A stretch of DNA of 63,003 bases, the filler included, from Chrysochromulina tobinii (Eukaryota): assembly GCA_001275005.1 (NCBI GenBank). It is 4 parts of 4 records of this genome, joined end to end, with 100 filler letters (N's around TTAATTAATTAA, not from the genome) between each part and the next. Parts side by side here need not be neighbours in the genome. Positions count along the whole stretch, not along the records: positions 41,459 to 56,668 come from JWZX01000817.1; positions 56,769 to 63,003 come from JWZX01000820.1; 2 more parts are not named here. One strand, 5' to 3'. Position 1 is the first letter of the stretch. Every line of letters starts with the position of its first letter. Both the position numbers and the translations under genes were made by a program. Positions 45,960-56,846 of the stretch are shown in pieces. Under the pieces are notes generated by a model. It ran no database searches and was not told the DNA's origin. It saw only the letters and a program-made list of their open reading frames with translations.

Positions 45960-46457
45960 TTACGCGATCTGGCCGGAGTCGGCGATCGACACTTTCTTCG
46001 CCGTCTTGCCCGACTGGGAGCCGACGGCCTCGATGGCCTTGACGACCTCCATGCCCTTGGTGACCGAGCCGAAGACGACGTGCTTGCCATCGAGCCAGTC
46101 CGTCTTGACCGTACACAGGAAGAACTGCGAGCCGTTGGTGCCCGGGCCAGCGTTGGCCATCGAGAGGATGCCAGGGCCGGTGTGCTTGAGCTGGAAGTTC
46201 TCGTCGGCGAACTTGGCGCCATAGATGGACTTGCCGCCCGTGCCGTTGCCAGCTGTGAAGTCGCCACCCTGGCACATGAAATTGTTGATCACGCGGTGGA
46301 AATCCGAGCCCTTGTAGCCAAAGCCCTTCTCGCCCGTGCAGAGGGCGCGGAAGTTCTCGGCGGTTTTCGGGACGATGTCGGCGCGCAGGGTCATCTCGAT
46401 GCGGCCGGCCGGCTGACCGCCGATCGTCATGTCGAAGAACACCACAGGGTTGCTCAT
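45960..46457 (-). CDS. Cyclophilin A-type peptidyl-prolyl isomerase
   Basis: Motifs [29 protein letters not shown] and [15 protein letters not shown]. Confidence 0.97.
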   Translation of the reverse strand: MSNPVVFFDMTIGGQPAGRIEMTLRADIVPKTAENFRALCTGEKGFGYKGSDFHRVINNFMCQGGDFTAGNGTGGKSIYGAKFADENFQLKHTGPGILSMANAGPGTNGSQFFLCTVKTDWLDGKHVVFGSVTKGMEVVKAIEAVGSQSGKTAKKVSIADSGQIA

Positions 46458-47092
46458 CTTCTCTGTCTGCGTAAGCGCAAGCACGCAAGGGGGAAGAGAC
46501 GTTAGTCAATACCAATTTGGGAGGAGCGCTGGGGGTGGCAAGGAGCGTTGGAGTCGGCGCTGCGGCCATCGGCCCGTGGCGCAGCGCGCGCGCTTTCCGC
46601 CGCGCGATCGAGAGCGCCCCGCGCCCAGGCGCCGCGCGGCGCGCAGGACACGATGGAGGTCGGCAAATTTGCGCCTCACCTCGGCAAAAGGCACGCGCGA
46701 AGACGTGCTGGCCCGCGCAACTGTGCAGAGATGACGTGGCTTTATCCTACCGGTACATTGTACTTCATATGACGCAACGTTGACCGGGGGAGCCGGGACG
46801 CACACGGGGCACTACAAACAGGAGACACAGATCACACGGTTGTCGCGTGCGTCGCGTTAACGTTCTCATCAGTCATCAAACACAAATTACATCACAAGAG
46901 ACCTCGACCACAGCAGAATGATGTAAATGCGAACTATTTTCATCAAGTTCCCTGCGGCTCGGTCGGTCCTTTTCAGTATTTTTACTTTGTATATTTGTCC
47001 CACATCTGACGCTGTGCACGTAGGAAAGTTTGCTTTTTGGTGACCGGACCACCTCTTACCACCTCGAGTGCACGCACATGCACCCTAGGGCC

Positions 47093-48985
47093 TCAACGTG
47101 GTGACCCGAACGCGATGGGCGCATACTTACAGGTACGCTGTACATGTCTACATGTACATGTACGACACGCACATGCACATACTAGCATCATTAGAACCGA
47201 CAATCCCATGATGTACGGCACGAGCATGCCGCGCGTGGGCGTGGGCGCTGCCATCGAAGCTTCGACCTCGCCCGCTCTCCACGGATGCGCACGGCACCAC
47301 GGACCGATGAGATCGTCCTCGCACAGCTGCATCACGCCGAGTGCGCTCCACATCCTCCTCGTATCTTCCAATTCGGAGGCTGCGCGGCAGATCCCACAGA
47401 GGCCCATGGGGCTCAGCTGCTGTGCCGTGCCGTGCTTGTGGTGACGAGGAATGATCACTCCCTCGCTCACATCGCGCCAGGACCGCAGGTCGGATGAGTG
47501 CAGGGCGCCGAAACCAGAGTCTCCCATGTAGATACAACGCCGCCCCCCCGTCTGACCAAACTGCTGCTGCTCGGAAGTGAGCTCCGCCTCCTTGCCGTCG
47601 ACGAGTCGCAGGCCAGACCGAGGCTCACATGCACCGCTCGCGTTCACGCCGTATGCCATCCCTCCGCGCTCGCGTGCAGCGACCCCAGCGCCATCCCATA
47701 GCAGCACGCAGTCCGACCGATATCCATCGTAGAGTAGCAGCCAGCCGGGCTGCAGACCAGCCACTGGTGGTAGCCCAGCCGCCGGCGCTGGCGCGCGCGA
47801 CCTTGTGTCGCCGGCCGCAGATCGGAGCGGGATGAGGGTCGGCCCTTCGGCGCATGGGCGCGAGATCGCATCTCGCCATACGGGAGCTTGCGCGAGCTCG
47901 ACCTTCTCGTACGGACCAAGCACCGAGGGCGCGCGCATCAGCCGGAGCGCCAAGGTGCATGACGCGTTCCCGAGACTGGCTTGCGATGACACGCTGCTGC
48001 CCCCCTGATGGCCAGCTTGCCACAGGCAGCGCTGGCCGGGCGCGCCGTTGTGCTCCGACTTGTAGATCGCAAACGTCGCAAGGCCGCCGCCGCTGCCCCA
48101 GCCGCCGCCCTTGCGGCTGTTGCTGTCCAACTGAGCCCTCCTCGGTGCCAGCGCGGCGCTCGGCGTCTCCGCCATCTCGGCATACATCTCGGCAGGCGCC
48201 CGGAAGAGGATCGTGTCAATCGCCGACTCGGACGGATCGAAGAGCCGCTGCGGCGGACTCCAAGTCTCAAAATCGGCTGTGCTCATGTATATGGGCTCAT
48301 GACGGGTCGCTCCGGCACTCGGCCCAAAGTCCCAGGGGCAGCTGACGAGGCTGCCCGACGGGGCGAGCGTCGCTGAGAAGACGACGATTGCAATTGCCTC
48401 CTGTAGCTCGACGCTGCTCCGGCGGTCCGCATCGTCGAGCATGTACAGTTCAGGAGCCCACACGTTGCACATCTCCAGCGAGTCTACAACGACTGGCCGC
48501 GCGCCCTCCCAGTGCAGGAGGTCGCGCGAGCGCGCATAACCGAAGCGCGCTGGCAGGTCGCGCCGTCGTTTCCGGCTATCGCAGTGGAAGGCCAAAGTGG
48601 CGAGGCCAGTGCACAGCTCCGTCGTAAAGACAAGGTGAAAGAAGCCTTCGTGCCATGCGAACGAGGGATCGCGGAAGACAGTTGGAGGGCCGCCTGCGTT
48701 CGCCCACGCGATTCCGGTCGCGTCGCGCCCAGGCAGGAACACGAGGGGGTCATGTGCAGGTAAGCGCCACCGACGCCCATCCCACGACCCGTCCACGTCT
48801 GACGCGAGGAGGTGCATGCCCTCGCCGAGAGTTCGACCATCAGAGAAGGTCACCAACACAGTTGGAAGCTGCACGTGATGCCAAACGTCTTTTGCACTAT
48901 GCAATCCGACGACGTTGATGACGACGTTGATGACGACAGCGAGCACCAAGGCCAAAATCAGTAGCAGCACCAACCTGGAAAGCAT
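47093..48985 (-). CDS. Membrane-anchored glycoside hydrolase, GH43-like five-bladed beta-propeller
   Basis: Motifs FRDPS, SRDLLHW, WAPE, AIDT and EGPT, with N- and C-terminal hydrophobic segments. Confidence 0.75.
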   Translation of the reverse strand: MLSRLVLLLILALVLAVVINVVINVVGLHSAKDVWHHVQLPTVLVTFSDGRTLGEGMHLLASDVDGSWDGRRWRLPAHDPLVFLPGRDATGIAWANAGGPPTVFRDPSFAWHEGFFHLVFTTELCTGLATLAFHCDSRKRRRDLPARFGYARSRDLLHWEGARPVVVDSLEMCNVWAPELYMLDDADRRSSVELQEAIAIVVFSATLAPSGSLVSCPWDFGPSAGATRHEPIYMSTADFETWSPPQRLFDPSESAIDTILFRAPAEMYAEMAETPSAALAPRRAQLDSNSRKGGGWGSGGGLATFAIYKSEHNGAPGQRCLWQAGHQGGSSVSSQASLGNASCTLALRLMRAPSVLGPYEKVELAQAPVWRDAISRPCAEGPTLIPLRSAAGDTRSRAPAPAAGLPPVAGLQPGWLLLYDGYRSDCVLLWDGAGVAARERGGMAYGVNASGACEPRSGLRLVDGKEAELTSEQQQFGQTGGRRCIYMGDSGFGALHSSDLRSWRDVSEGVIIPRHHKHGTAQQLSPMGLCGICRAASELEDTRRMWSALGVMQLCEDDLIGPWCRAHPWRAGEVEASMAAPTPTRGMLVPYIMGLSVLMMLVCACACRTCTCRHVQRTCKYAPIAFGSPR

Positions 48986-49013
48986 TGATCACATGCTCTT
49001 CACAGCCCGTTGT

Positions 49014-49068
49014 TATTAGAATTGGGCGATTCGACCCTTCATTAGAATTGGGCGATTCGACCCCTTCA
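49014..49068. repeat. Tandem duplication of ~27 nt (ATTAGAATTGGGCGATTCGACCCTTC) upstream of the GH43 gene
   Basis: Two near-identical adjacent copies. Confidence 0.8.
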
Positions 49069-49228
49069 CACAGAGAACCACGTGCTGTACCTTGATTTGG
49101 GCTTTTCTGGTCTCGATGAAGGATTTATATGTACCGGGATTCACCGTTTGGCGTTGCGGTCGCAACATGAAAATTTCTGTCTCTGAGCATCCTCCTCATC
49201 CACATCTTCGCCTGCCTCGAGCGAGCAA

Positions 49229-52200
49229 TCAGCCTGGGGCCTTTGGACATGAGCGCTTCGTGTGTCCAACCGTGTGGCAGATAGAGCATGTGGGCGCTGC
49301 GCGCTTCTTCGTCGCCTGATCATCACTTCCGGCAACTGCAGCTCCACCCTTGCCCCCGCCTCCGCGGCCGCCACCGCCATGACCACTGCTGCCGCCGCCG
49401 CCACCACCAGCGTAGCCACTGCCACTGCCGCCACAACCGCCGCCGCCCTTGCCTGCGCCGGGATTCGGGCAATTATTCGCCCAATGGCCCGGCAAACCGC
49501 ACTTGTAGCAAGTACCGCCACCGCCGCCGCCGCCGCCGCTGAAGCCCGTCTGCCCTTTGGCGCCAATTGACGCGCCACTGCGGCCCAGATCGCCGCGTCC
49601 GCGCCCGCCACGCCCACGGCCGACGACACCCGTTAGCTGCCCAAAGGCCTGCAATGCGGCGTCCTCATCCTCCGTGCCGTCGTACCCGTCGTCCTCCTCG
49701 TACGCGAGAAGGCGCGGCCCGGCGCGGCTCGCATGGGCAGCTGTGGCAGTGGGCTGCGGCGCCGCCGCGGGCGAGCACAGCAGGTTGGCATCTCGCCGCC
49801 GCTCGGCGCAGTCCTCGTTGCTCCCGCGGATCACCTCAACGAGGTCGCGATCACAGCCAGAGAGGCAGCATGCGTCGTATGAGCGCATGCGAAGGTGAAT
49901 ATCCAGCGTCGATGTCTTGAAGACGCAGCGCAGCTTGACGCCGCCGCACTGGGCGCATACCTCGTCGAGCTTGGACACATCCGCACCGCCGGGCAACCAC
50001 ACCGTGAAGCTGCACCCGCCGCCGCCGCCACCGCCGCCGCCACCGCCGCCCCCACCTCCGCCGCCCCCGCCGCCCCCACTCTTTCCATTCGAGCAAGAGA
50101 AGAATTGTCCGCCGGCGCCACCCTTTTTGGTCTTGATCACGACTGAGCCATCGGCGCACAGCGGGCACGGGCGCAGCCGCACCGCCGTCGCGCCCGCAAG
50201 CGGGCACTGCGCTGCGCACTGGAAGCAGCGTAGATCCGAGAGGGACGTGGCTGGCGCGGGAGCGCTCGCGTCGACACCGAGAGCGACGGCAGGTGGCTTG
50301 CCGAAGCAGTGCGGGCAGATCGTGTGGCTGTTGCCCGTGGCCGAGTTCGTGACGTTGAGAACCTGGAAGCGGCAGAGCGGGCAGCGGTGGGGATGGGACG
50401 AGAGGTCTCCGCTCGCCGGTAGGGAGTGGTCGGCGGCGCAGCGCGGGCAGCGCAGCACGCGCTGCCCACCCCGCGGGCCGCCGACGCCGCCGCCGCCAAA
50501 GCCAAAGGCGCCGCCGCCGCCGCCACCGCCGCCGCCGCCGCCTGGCTGTGGCTGTGGCGGCGGCTGGGCGCGCAGCTCCATGGGTGTGCCGCACGCGCCG
50601 CATGCAGGCTGCGAGCCGTCGGCGAGCGCGGAACGCGGCCAGTTGGTCGTGTCGGTCGGCGCAAATGCGGCCGCTGCCGCCGCGACGAGCACCTGCACCG
50701 AGCGGCTCGCCTTTGCGAAGAGCGGCTTCATGAGCGCCACGATCTCGCCCACAGCGGCCGCGCGTGTGCGCTCGCCACTCGCGACGCGGTTGATGGCGCG
50801 CTCCATCTCGGCACGCAGCTCGGGCTTTCCCAGATCGAAGCCCACATCGACGTAACCTTTCAGCAGCATGCGTCCCACGGTGGTCGGATGGAAATGCTGG
50901 CCGCGCTTCTCGACGTATGAGCGCTTGACGACGGTCTTGATATGCTCGGCGATGGTCGCATCTGTGCCGATCGAGTGCGTCTCCATAAGGTGGATCAGGT
51001 CCGATTCGCTCAGGTAGCTCGGTGGCGTCGTCATGCCCTCTGCCATCTCGAGCCGCGTGGGCACGAAGTGTTCCCCCACATGAAACGTCGGTATCTTCTT
51101 GGCCGTCCAACGGTCGTACTGGTACACGTCGAGGTAGTTGCGCTCGAGCACCATCAGCCCGTGCGCCGAGAACTCCTCGCCCGCCAGCTCCGCACGCACG
51201 ACTGTCTCGTGCCCGAGCGCATCCTTGGAACAGCACGCGAGGAAACGTCTCGCGACGAGTTCGTATAACCTCGCTTCGTCGCCGCTCAGGTCCGTACCGG
51301 ACTTGCACGGGTGGATAGGCGGGTGCGCGTTGTCATCCTTGCCGCCGTGGATCGGCCACTGGAAGTCGCCGTCGAGCAGCCGCTGCGTGTACGCCGCCCA
51401 GCGCTGGTCGGCGAGCTGCGTGCGAATGAGCGTGAGCAGATCGAAGCCCTCCTTAAACGAGTCAGTCTCGGTGCGCGGGTACGACAGGTAGCCGCTCTGA
51501 TAGAGCTTCTCGGCGATGTCCATCGTCTGATCGGAGGCGATGTGCAGCTGCGAAGAGGCCAGCCGCTGGAACTCGACTGTTGAGAGCGGCAAAGGCCGCC
51601 TCTTCGAAGTGGGCTTGGCTGTGACCGAGGTGATGCTCGCGGTGCCTCTCTCGACGCACAGCTCGTACAACACGAGCGCGGCGAGCCGGTCGAAGAGGCG
51701 CGTGCGCGACCACGAAAAGCGCACGTGCAGCTGCTCGCCGTCGTCCGCGCGCCGCGTGTGCTCCATCTCAATCTGCCAGAAACTCTCCGACCGAAAGGCG
51801 GCGATGCGGTCGGCGCGCTGCGCGACGAACCACATCGTCGGGAACTGGCACGGGCCATACGAGAGCATCTGCTCGAGGCCTTCGAACTTGTTCTGCAGCG
51901 CAAGGGTCTGCAGCCGCGTGAATGCAGCGCCGAGCCGCAGGTCGACCTCCTGGCGCGCGAGCACCGCGTCTGACTGTCGCTGATCGGGTGGCACGAGGTG
52001 GGCGAGTGCGTGGTGGATGTCGCGCGGGATGAGCGCTGAGAAGCGCGCGCGCCGCACTCTCAGATGCGGCTGCACGGCCTGGCACACGCCTATGACCTCG
52101 AACCCAATGGCCTCGCCCTCGCGGTCGCAATCGAGCCACAAGATCAGGTCGGTGCACCCTCGAACGTGCTTCTCGAGGTTCTTGCGCACGTCCTGCAGGT

Positions 52201-52480
52201 CCTCACGGGTCGTCTCCGTGATCGGCGCTTCAAAGAGGTCGATCGGGTTGGTAGAGCGCCAGCTCCGGTACGCTTCGGTGAAGTCCATCTCTAGCAGGTG
52301 GCCAACCACTGAGGTCATCTTCATTTTGCATGGAGCGTTGTCGAGTAGTGCTGTGAACTCGTGGACCGGGTTGTACCGCGAGACGCCCGGCGTGTTGTGC
52401 GCGTTGCCGCCGCCAAGGATGCTAGCGAGCTCGCGCGCGACCGACGGCTTCTCGGCCACGTGAAGAGCCGTGCGTACCAT
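49229..52480 (-). CDS. TOP3A: DNA topoisomerase III alpha with zinc ribbons and C-terminal CCHC knuckles
   Basis: Motifs VAEKPS, WLDCDREGE, SYGPCQFPT, catalytic SYPRTET, AHPPIHP and IGTDAT. Confidence 0.93.
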   Translation of the reverse strand: MVRTALHVAEKPSVARELASILGGGNAHNTPGVSRYNPVHEFTALLDNAPCKMKMTSVVGHLLEMDFTEAYRSWRSTNPIDLFEAPITETTREDLQDVRKNLEKHVRGCTDLILWLDCDREGEAIGFEVIGVCQAVQPHLRVRRARFSALIPRDIHHALAHLVPPDQRQSDAVLARQEVDLRLGAAFTRLQTLALQNKFEGLEQMLSYGPCQFPTMWFVAQRADRIAAFRSESFWQIEMEHTRRADDGEQLHVRFSWSRTRLFDRLAALVLYELCVERGTASITSVTAKPTSKRRPLPLSTVEFQRLASSQLHIASDQTMDIAEKLYQSGYLSYPRTETDSFKEGFDLLTLIRTQLADQRWAAYTQRLLDGDFQWPIHGGKDDNAHPPIHPCKSGTDLSGDEARLYELVARRFLACCSKDALGHETVVRAELAGEEFSAHGLMVLERNYLDVYQYDRWTAKKIPTFHVGEHFVPTRLEMAEGMTTPPSYLSESDLIHLMETHSIGTDATIAEHIKTVVKRSYVEKRGQHFHPTTVGRMLLKGYVDVGFDLGKPELRAEMERAINRVASGERTRAAAVGEIVALMKPLFAKASRSVQVLVAAAAAAFAPTDTTNWPRSALADGSQPACGACGTPMELRAQPPPQPQPGGGGGGGGGGGAFGFGGGGVGGPRGGQRVLRCPRCAADHSLPASGDLSSHPHRCPLCRFQVLNVTNSATGNSHTICPHCFGKPPAVALGVDASAPAPATSLSDLRCFQCAAQCPLAGATAVRLRPCPLCADGSVVIKTKKGGAGGQFFSCSNGKSGGGGGGGGGGGGGGGGGGGGGCSFTVWLPGGADVSKLDEVCAQCGGVKLRCVFKTSTLDIHLRMRSYDACCLSGCDRDLVEVIRGSNEDCAERRRDANLLCSPAAAPQPTATAAHASRAGPRLLAYEEDDGYDGTEDEDAALQAFGQLTGVVGRGRGGRGRGDLGRSGASIGAKGQTGFSGGGGGGGGTCYKCGLPGHWANNCPNPGAGKGGGGCGGSGSGYAGGGGGGSSGHGGGGRGGGGKGGAAVAGSDDQATKKRAAPTCSICHTVGHTKRSCPKAPG

Positions 52481-52682
52481 AGCGACGCCTAGCCACGGTC
52501 GCGAGCACCTTGCCGCCCGACGGTCCGGAGCGCGCGAGGAAAGCCGAAAGCGCTCACGATAACGTGCGAAGTTTCCAGGTGTTTGCAGCTTTCGAATCTT
52601 CAATCGTGCTTTTTCTGTTTTCCATCTGTCTGTGAAGTTTGTGCGTGTTGGTGTGTTGTGAATGAAGTTTGTGCGGTGGAAT

Positions 52683-53162
52683 ATGGCTTCCGCGGCTGCC
52701 GACGATGAGTTTTACCTACGCTACTACGTGGGCCACAAGGGCAAGTTCGGCCACGAGTTCCTCGAGTTCGAGTTCCGGCCCGATGGCCGGCTGCGGTACG
52801 CCAACAACTCGCAGTATAAAGGGGGCAGCAACAAGAGCGATTCGACCAATTCGATGATCCGCAAAGAGGTCTACGTGGGTGAGGTCGTGCTCAGCGAGGT
52901 GAAGCGCATCGTCAAGGAGAGCGAGATCGTGCGCGAGGACGACAGTCACTGGCCGGAGCCTGACCGAGATGGGCGGCAAGAGTTCGAGGTGGTCCTCGGC
53001 GACACGCACATATCATTCGCCACCGCCAAAATTGGCTCGCTGCTCGACGTGCAGGAGAGCAAAGACCCAGAGGGCCTGCGCATCTTCTACTACCTCGTAC
53101 AGGATCTCAAATGCCTGGCCTTTTCGCTGATGGGCTTGCATTTCCGCATCAAACCCATCTAG
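52683..53162 (+). CDS. MAGOH: Mago nashi (exon junction complex core)
   Basis: [26 protein letters not shown]...[11 protein letters not shown]...LHFRIKPI. Confidence 0.98.
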   Translation: MASAAADDEFYLRYYVGHKGKFGHEFLEFEFRPDGRLRYANNSQYKGGSNKSDSTNSMIRKEVYVGEVVLSEVKRIVKESEIVREDDSHWPEPDRDGRQEFEVVLGDTHISFATAKIGSLLDVQESKDPEGLRIFYYLVQDLKCLAFSLMGLHFRIKPI

Positions 53163-53541
53163 CAGGCAGTGCACGTTCTCTTAGGGTCATATGCGATATG
53201 TTGGTTGTCTACGAGCCGGTCTGTGGCACTGTGTCTGAGCCAGTGACACACCGGACCCAGAGAGAGATAGAGTGTAGAAAACATTGACCAGTCGGTCGGC
53301 CCGAAAAAACCATGTTTAAAGCACCTGAAAGAGAGTAGCGGTTGGTCAAGCCACGTTAAACGGCCATACGTACGGTACTCGTACCGGAGCACCGGCTATG
53401 TCGCACCGCGCGATTGATAGCCGCCGGACGCCGCATTCGGTAAAACGCACTGCGTCGTACGGCGGTAAACGGTCGTCAGTGTCGAGTCAGGCCCTTCTAG
53501 AAGCGCGCGCGCGCGCGCCGCGGTCGGCGGACCACGACTTT

Positions 53542-54249
53542 TCACAACATGGTGGTGACCGCGCACTCATATTGCAGCGAAGGGGCCACCACGCGGTAGT
53601 CGCTCTCGCCTTCGGGCGCGTCGGCAGTAAGCGCGACGAGCTCGATGGCAAGCTTGGCGACCTCTACGTAGTTGTCGGGCGCGGCAACCACTGCCGCCTT
53701 TAGCTCGCTGAATTTGCGCGCCGCGAGCAGCGAGCGCACAGCAAACTTGAGTGCGGGGTGGAAATTGCCCATTACGATCGACTGCGGCTCGACCCACTGA
53801 GAGGCCTCGTACTCTTTCTCGTCGAGCACGACCTTCTCGAGTTCGGTCTCCTCCAATTGTAAGCTCAGCACAAACTGGCTGTCCGTCGTGCCGTTCGTCT
53901 TCGGGAGTTGCTCGCGCATGCCCCAGGCGAGCGACTGGCAGCAGACAGGCCGCAGGCGAGATACGCTGATTTCGAGGCCGAGCTCACGCTTGAGGAGGCG
54001 CGTGCACGATTCTTTCGGCGTCTCGCCCGGAAACATGCGGCCGCCCACGAACCACCAGTCCGGCTGGGGCTGCACCTTGCGCTTGCCAAGGAAGATGCGC
54101 TCTCCATCAGGTGAGATGAGCAGCATGTCCGAGCACGCCTTGACCAGTGTGTCGAGCGCCTCCCCGTACTCCTTGTCCGCGAGGAACTTGCGGTGCGACA
54201 CGAAGCCGCCTGTGTTGTGGTGCGGGATCCCTGTATTGGACAGGATCAT
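53542..54249 (-). CDS. NUDIX hydrolase (GDP-mannose hydrolase-like variant box)
   Basis: WWFVGGRMFPGETPKESCTRLLKRELG. Confidence 0.8.
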   Translation of the reverse strand: MILSNTGIPHHNTGGFVSHRKFLADKEYGEALDTLVKACSDMLLISPDGERIFLGKRKVQPQPDWWFVGGRMFPGETPKESCTRLLKRELGLEISVSRLRPVCCQSLAWGMREQLPKTNGTTDSQFVLSLQLEETELEKVVLDEKEYEASQWVEPQSIVMGNFHPALKFAVRSLLAARKFSELKAAVVAAPDNYVEVAKLAIELVALTADAPEGESDYRVVAPSLQYECAVTTML

Positions 54250-54517
54250 GACGATGGTCGTCGGCCGAGCGAGGCGGCCCTCGGCTTCGTGAAAGCGCGA
54301 CCGTCGCGCGACCCCTTTTCTACCATGGTAGCGTCTCGAGCGGCCCAATGCTTCCGTTCGTTCGTTCGTTCGTTTCAGGGCCCTCTCGGCCAGACACACA
54401 CCCACAAGCCCCGAAAAGGCGTGCGTGGGAGGCGCTCACTCGAGCGGCCCAATGCACAACTTTTGCTGTGAAAAAGAAACTCAGAGTGGTCTCGACTTTC
54501 CGGTTCAAACGACGAGG

Positions 54518-55888
54518 TCAAACGACCTGAAAGGTGCCCAGCGTAACTAGCCGTTCCTCCACCACGGTGCGGATCCGACTTGCCGCTAGCTCGAGGACAG
54601 GGCGCGAGCACGCGAGGTTGATGCGCTGGTAGCAATCAGACGCGCCGGAGGAGTCGAACTCGCGACCCGGCGACAGCACGAGCCCCGCTCGCTTCAGGCG
54701 CGCAGACGTCTCGTCGGCATCGAGCTGCAGGCACCGCAGATTGAGCCACGCGCAATATGTAGCCTCCAGGTGCTCAACGGTGACCTGGGGCACGTGATGG
54801 TGCAGAAAGCTGCCGAGGTAGCGCACGTTGTCCGCTACATGGGAGCGCGCAGCGTCGAGCCACGCGGCCGCCGCGTCCGAGTACGCTGCGAGCATCGCCG
54901 CCGTTGCGAAGACAGAGCCATAGGTGAGGAACGCGGGCTCGGTGTACTCGAGGTACTTGCGCCGTAGCCGAGCGTCGGGAAGAATGAGGTATGAAGCATG
55001 CAACCCAGCAAGAGAGAAGGATTTGGTCGGCGCACCCAAAGTGATGTACTGGCAGCCGGCGGCCGCGGCAACGTTCGCAAATGGCTCAAACGGCCACTGG
55101 CACGCACTCGGCAGCACCCAGTCCGCCCAGATTTCATCGGAGACGACGAGGATCTGCCGTTTGGCGCACTCGCGAGCGAGCGCCGCCAGCTCGGCGCGAC
55201 GCCACACGCGGCCAGTCGGGTTGTGGGGGTTGCACAGGAGCAATACGCGCACGGACGGTTCGGAGTCAAGGCGCTCGACAAGACGCGTGGTGGCATCCAT
55301 CTGGTATGCCTTGGGTGAGTCTGTGTCACCGAAGGCGCAGCGGTCTCCAAAGGCCAATCGATGCTCGACGAGTCGCCGGCCACAGCCGGTGACCGCGCGC
55401 TGGAGGGGTGCATACAGAGGTGTCATGACGAGCACCGCGTCGCCCTCGCTCGTGAGCGCCCGTAACACGTTGCAAAAGCTGGTCACAACGCTGGCGGAGA
55501 AGATGAACTCCTCGCATGCCGGTGGCATTCGCCAGCCTTGCCGCGCCACGAGCCAGGAGCTGACAGCGTCCCAGATGGCCGCCGGCTGGACAGTGTAGCC
55601 ATAATTCGGATGAGCAGCGCGCTCGTTGATCGCACGTACAATTGAAGGGCAGCACGGCAGCTCCATGTCTGCCACCCACATCTGCAGGCCATGCGGATTC
55701 GAAGTGAGCTCGTGCTTGACTGAATGCGTGCCCGCTCTCTCGATATGAGAAAACAGCGTGGGCGTGTCTGGCACAGCGGTGGATGCAGAGCTGCCACGCA
55801 ATCTATTTTGACGTCTTCGTAGCAGCCACGCTAGCGTGATAAGCGATGCAGACGGAGTCAGGAGCAGCAGCAGGGACTTGGACAACAT
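54518..55888 (-). CDS. PLP-dependent C-S lyase/aminotransferase, MalY/PatB family, with N-terminal hydrophobic anchor
   Basis: Motifs MWVADM, YGY, LCNPHNPTG, SDEIW, APTKSFSLAGL and RINLAC. Confidence 0.88.
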   Translation of the reverse strand: MLSKSLLLLLTPSASLITLAWLLRRRQNRLRGSSASTAVPDTPTLFSHIERAGTHSVKHELTSNPHGLQMWVADMELPCCPSIVRAINERAAHPNYGYTVQPAAIWDAVSSWLVARQGWRMPPACEEFIFSASVVTSFCNVLRALTSEGDAVLVMTPLYAPLQRAVTGCGRRLVEHRLAFGDRCAFGDTDSPKAYQMDATTRLVERLDSEPSVRVLLLCNPHNPTGRVWRRAELAALARECAKRQILVVSDEIWADWVLPSACQWPFEPFANVAAAAGCQYITLGAPTKSFSLAGLHASYLILPDARLRRKYLEYTEPAFLTYGSVFATAAMLAAYSDAAAAWLDAARSHVADNVRYLGSFLHHHVPQVTVEHLEATYCAWLNLRCLQLDADETSARLKRAGLVLSPGREFDSSGASDCYQRINLACSRPVLELAASRIRTVVEERLVTLGTFQVV

Positions 55889-56329
55889 ACAATGGCTTGC
55901 CGACGAGTCGAGCGGGTTGGCGGCCGGCGAACACACAACGAGCTGGGGGTCGTCGTTGGGGCGTCGCCGAGTCCGCACAAAGTCCTCAAGTCCAATAAAT
56001 TCAGATATCGCGCCTTTCTGACAAGCTAGCTTCCTTTCTGACGCAGCCGTGCCCTCTAGTCGTCGCCTCTACTAAGTTACTACTTACTAGGAGCCTTCTA
56101 GTCGTCGCACGCCCTGACCAACGGCAACGCGCAACGATGCCAACGTCCCACCTCGGCGCAATTGCCCTCCGGACCCGGCGTAGACCCGGCGGGCCGGCCC
56201 CGCCGCCGGTTTTTCGGGGCGTCACCGTAATACGCGTTCCAAACTCAATTGATACGGATCTACGCGCTCGTCCGTGCGGCTGCGGGCCCGGGTAGTCGAC
56301 GGCCTCTTGGGAGGCGACGGGGGTGCTCT

Positions 56330-56600
56330 ATAGGGGGGGGGGTCTCGAAACCAGGGGTCTGGGGCGAAAGCCCCAGGCGGGGTCTGGGGCGGCAGCCCCA
56401 GGCCGGGTGCGGGGCGGCAGCCCCGCGAAGAAATTTTTTGTATTTTCCTTTCGTATTTACCTATTTTTATCGGTTTCCTCTCATCCCATCAGATGTTTAG
56501 TCAGATGTATGCTATTAGTAAATTGGAACCTACTGATTATCAAATGGGAACCTATGTTAAATGGGAACCTACTGATTACTAAATGGGAACTCAGGCCTTG
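56330..56600. repeat. Three tandem GC hairpins followed by AAATGGGAACCTA repeats; possible mobile element terminus
   Basis: CTGGGGC-GAAA-GCCCCAG, CTGGGGC-GGCA-GCCCCAG and GCGGGGC-GGCA-GCCCCGC, plus four AAT(G/T)GGAAC units at 56520-56592. Confidence 0.6.
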
Positions 56601-56668
56601 CACAGGCCGAGCACTGGCAGACGATCCAAATAAGCCAACGATAGCGGGGAGCCGCTCACCTCATTGAG

Positions 56669-56768
56669 NNNNNNNNNNNNNNNNNNNNNNNNNNNNNNNN
56701 NNNNNNNNNNNNTTAATTAATTAANNNNNNNNNNNNNNNNNNNNNNNNNNNNNNNNNNNNNNNNNNNN
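56669..56768. other. Artificial contig spacer
   Basis: 100-nt N block with TTAATTAATTAA. Confidence 0.97.
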
Positions 56769-56846
56769 GCGCCGCCGGCGGGCCGCCGCGGCGGCGCAGA
56801 CAAGGGTGACTCCATCACTCTCTCGGGGTTTGCGTGGGCCAATGAG

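Noticed and set aside
52481..52603. Arg-rich upstream extension of TOP3A as an organellar targeting peptide
   Set aside because: It has no ATG and lies in the short shared promoter with mago; unsupported without transcript data.
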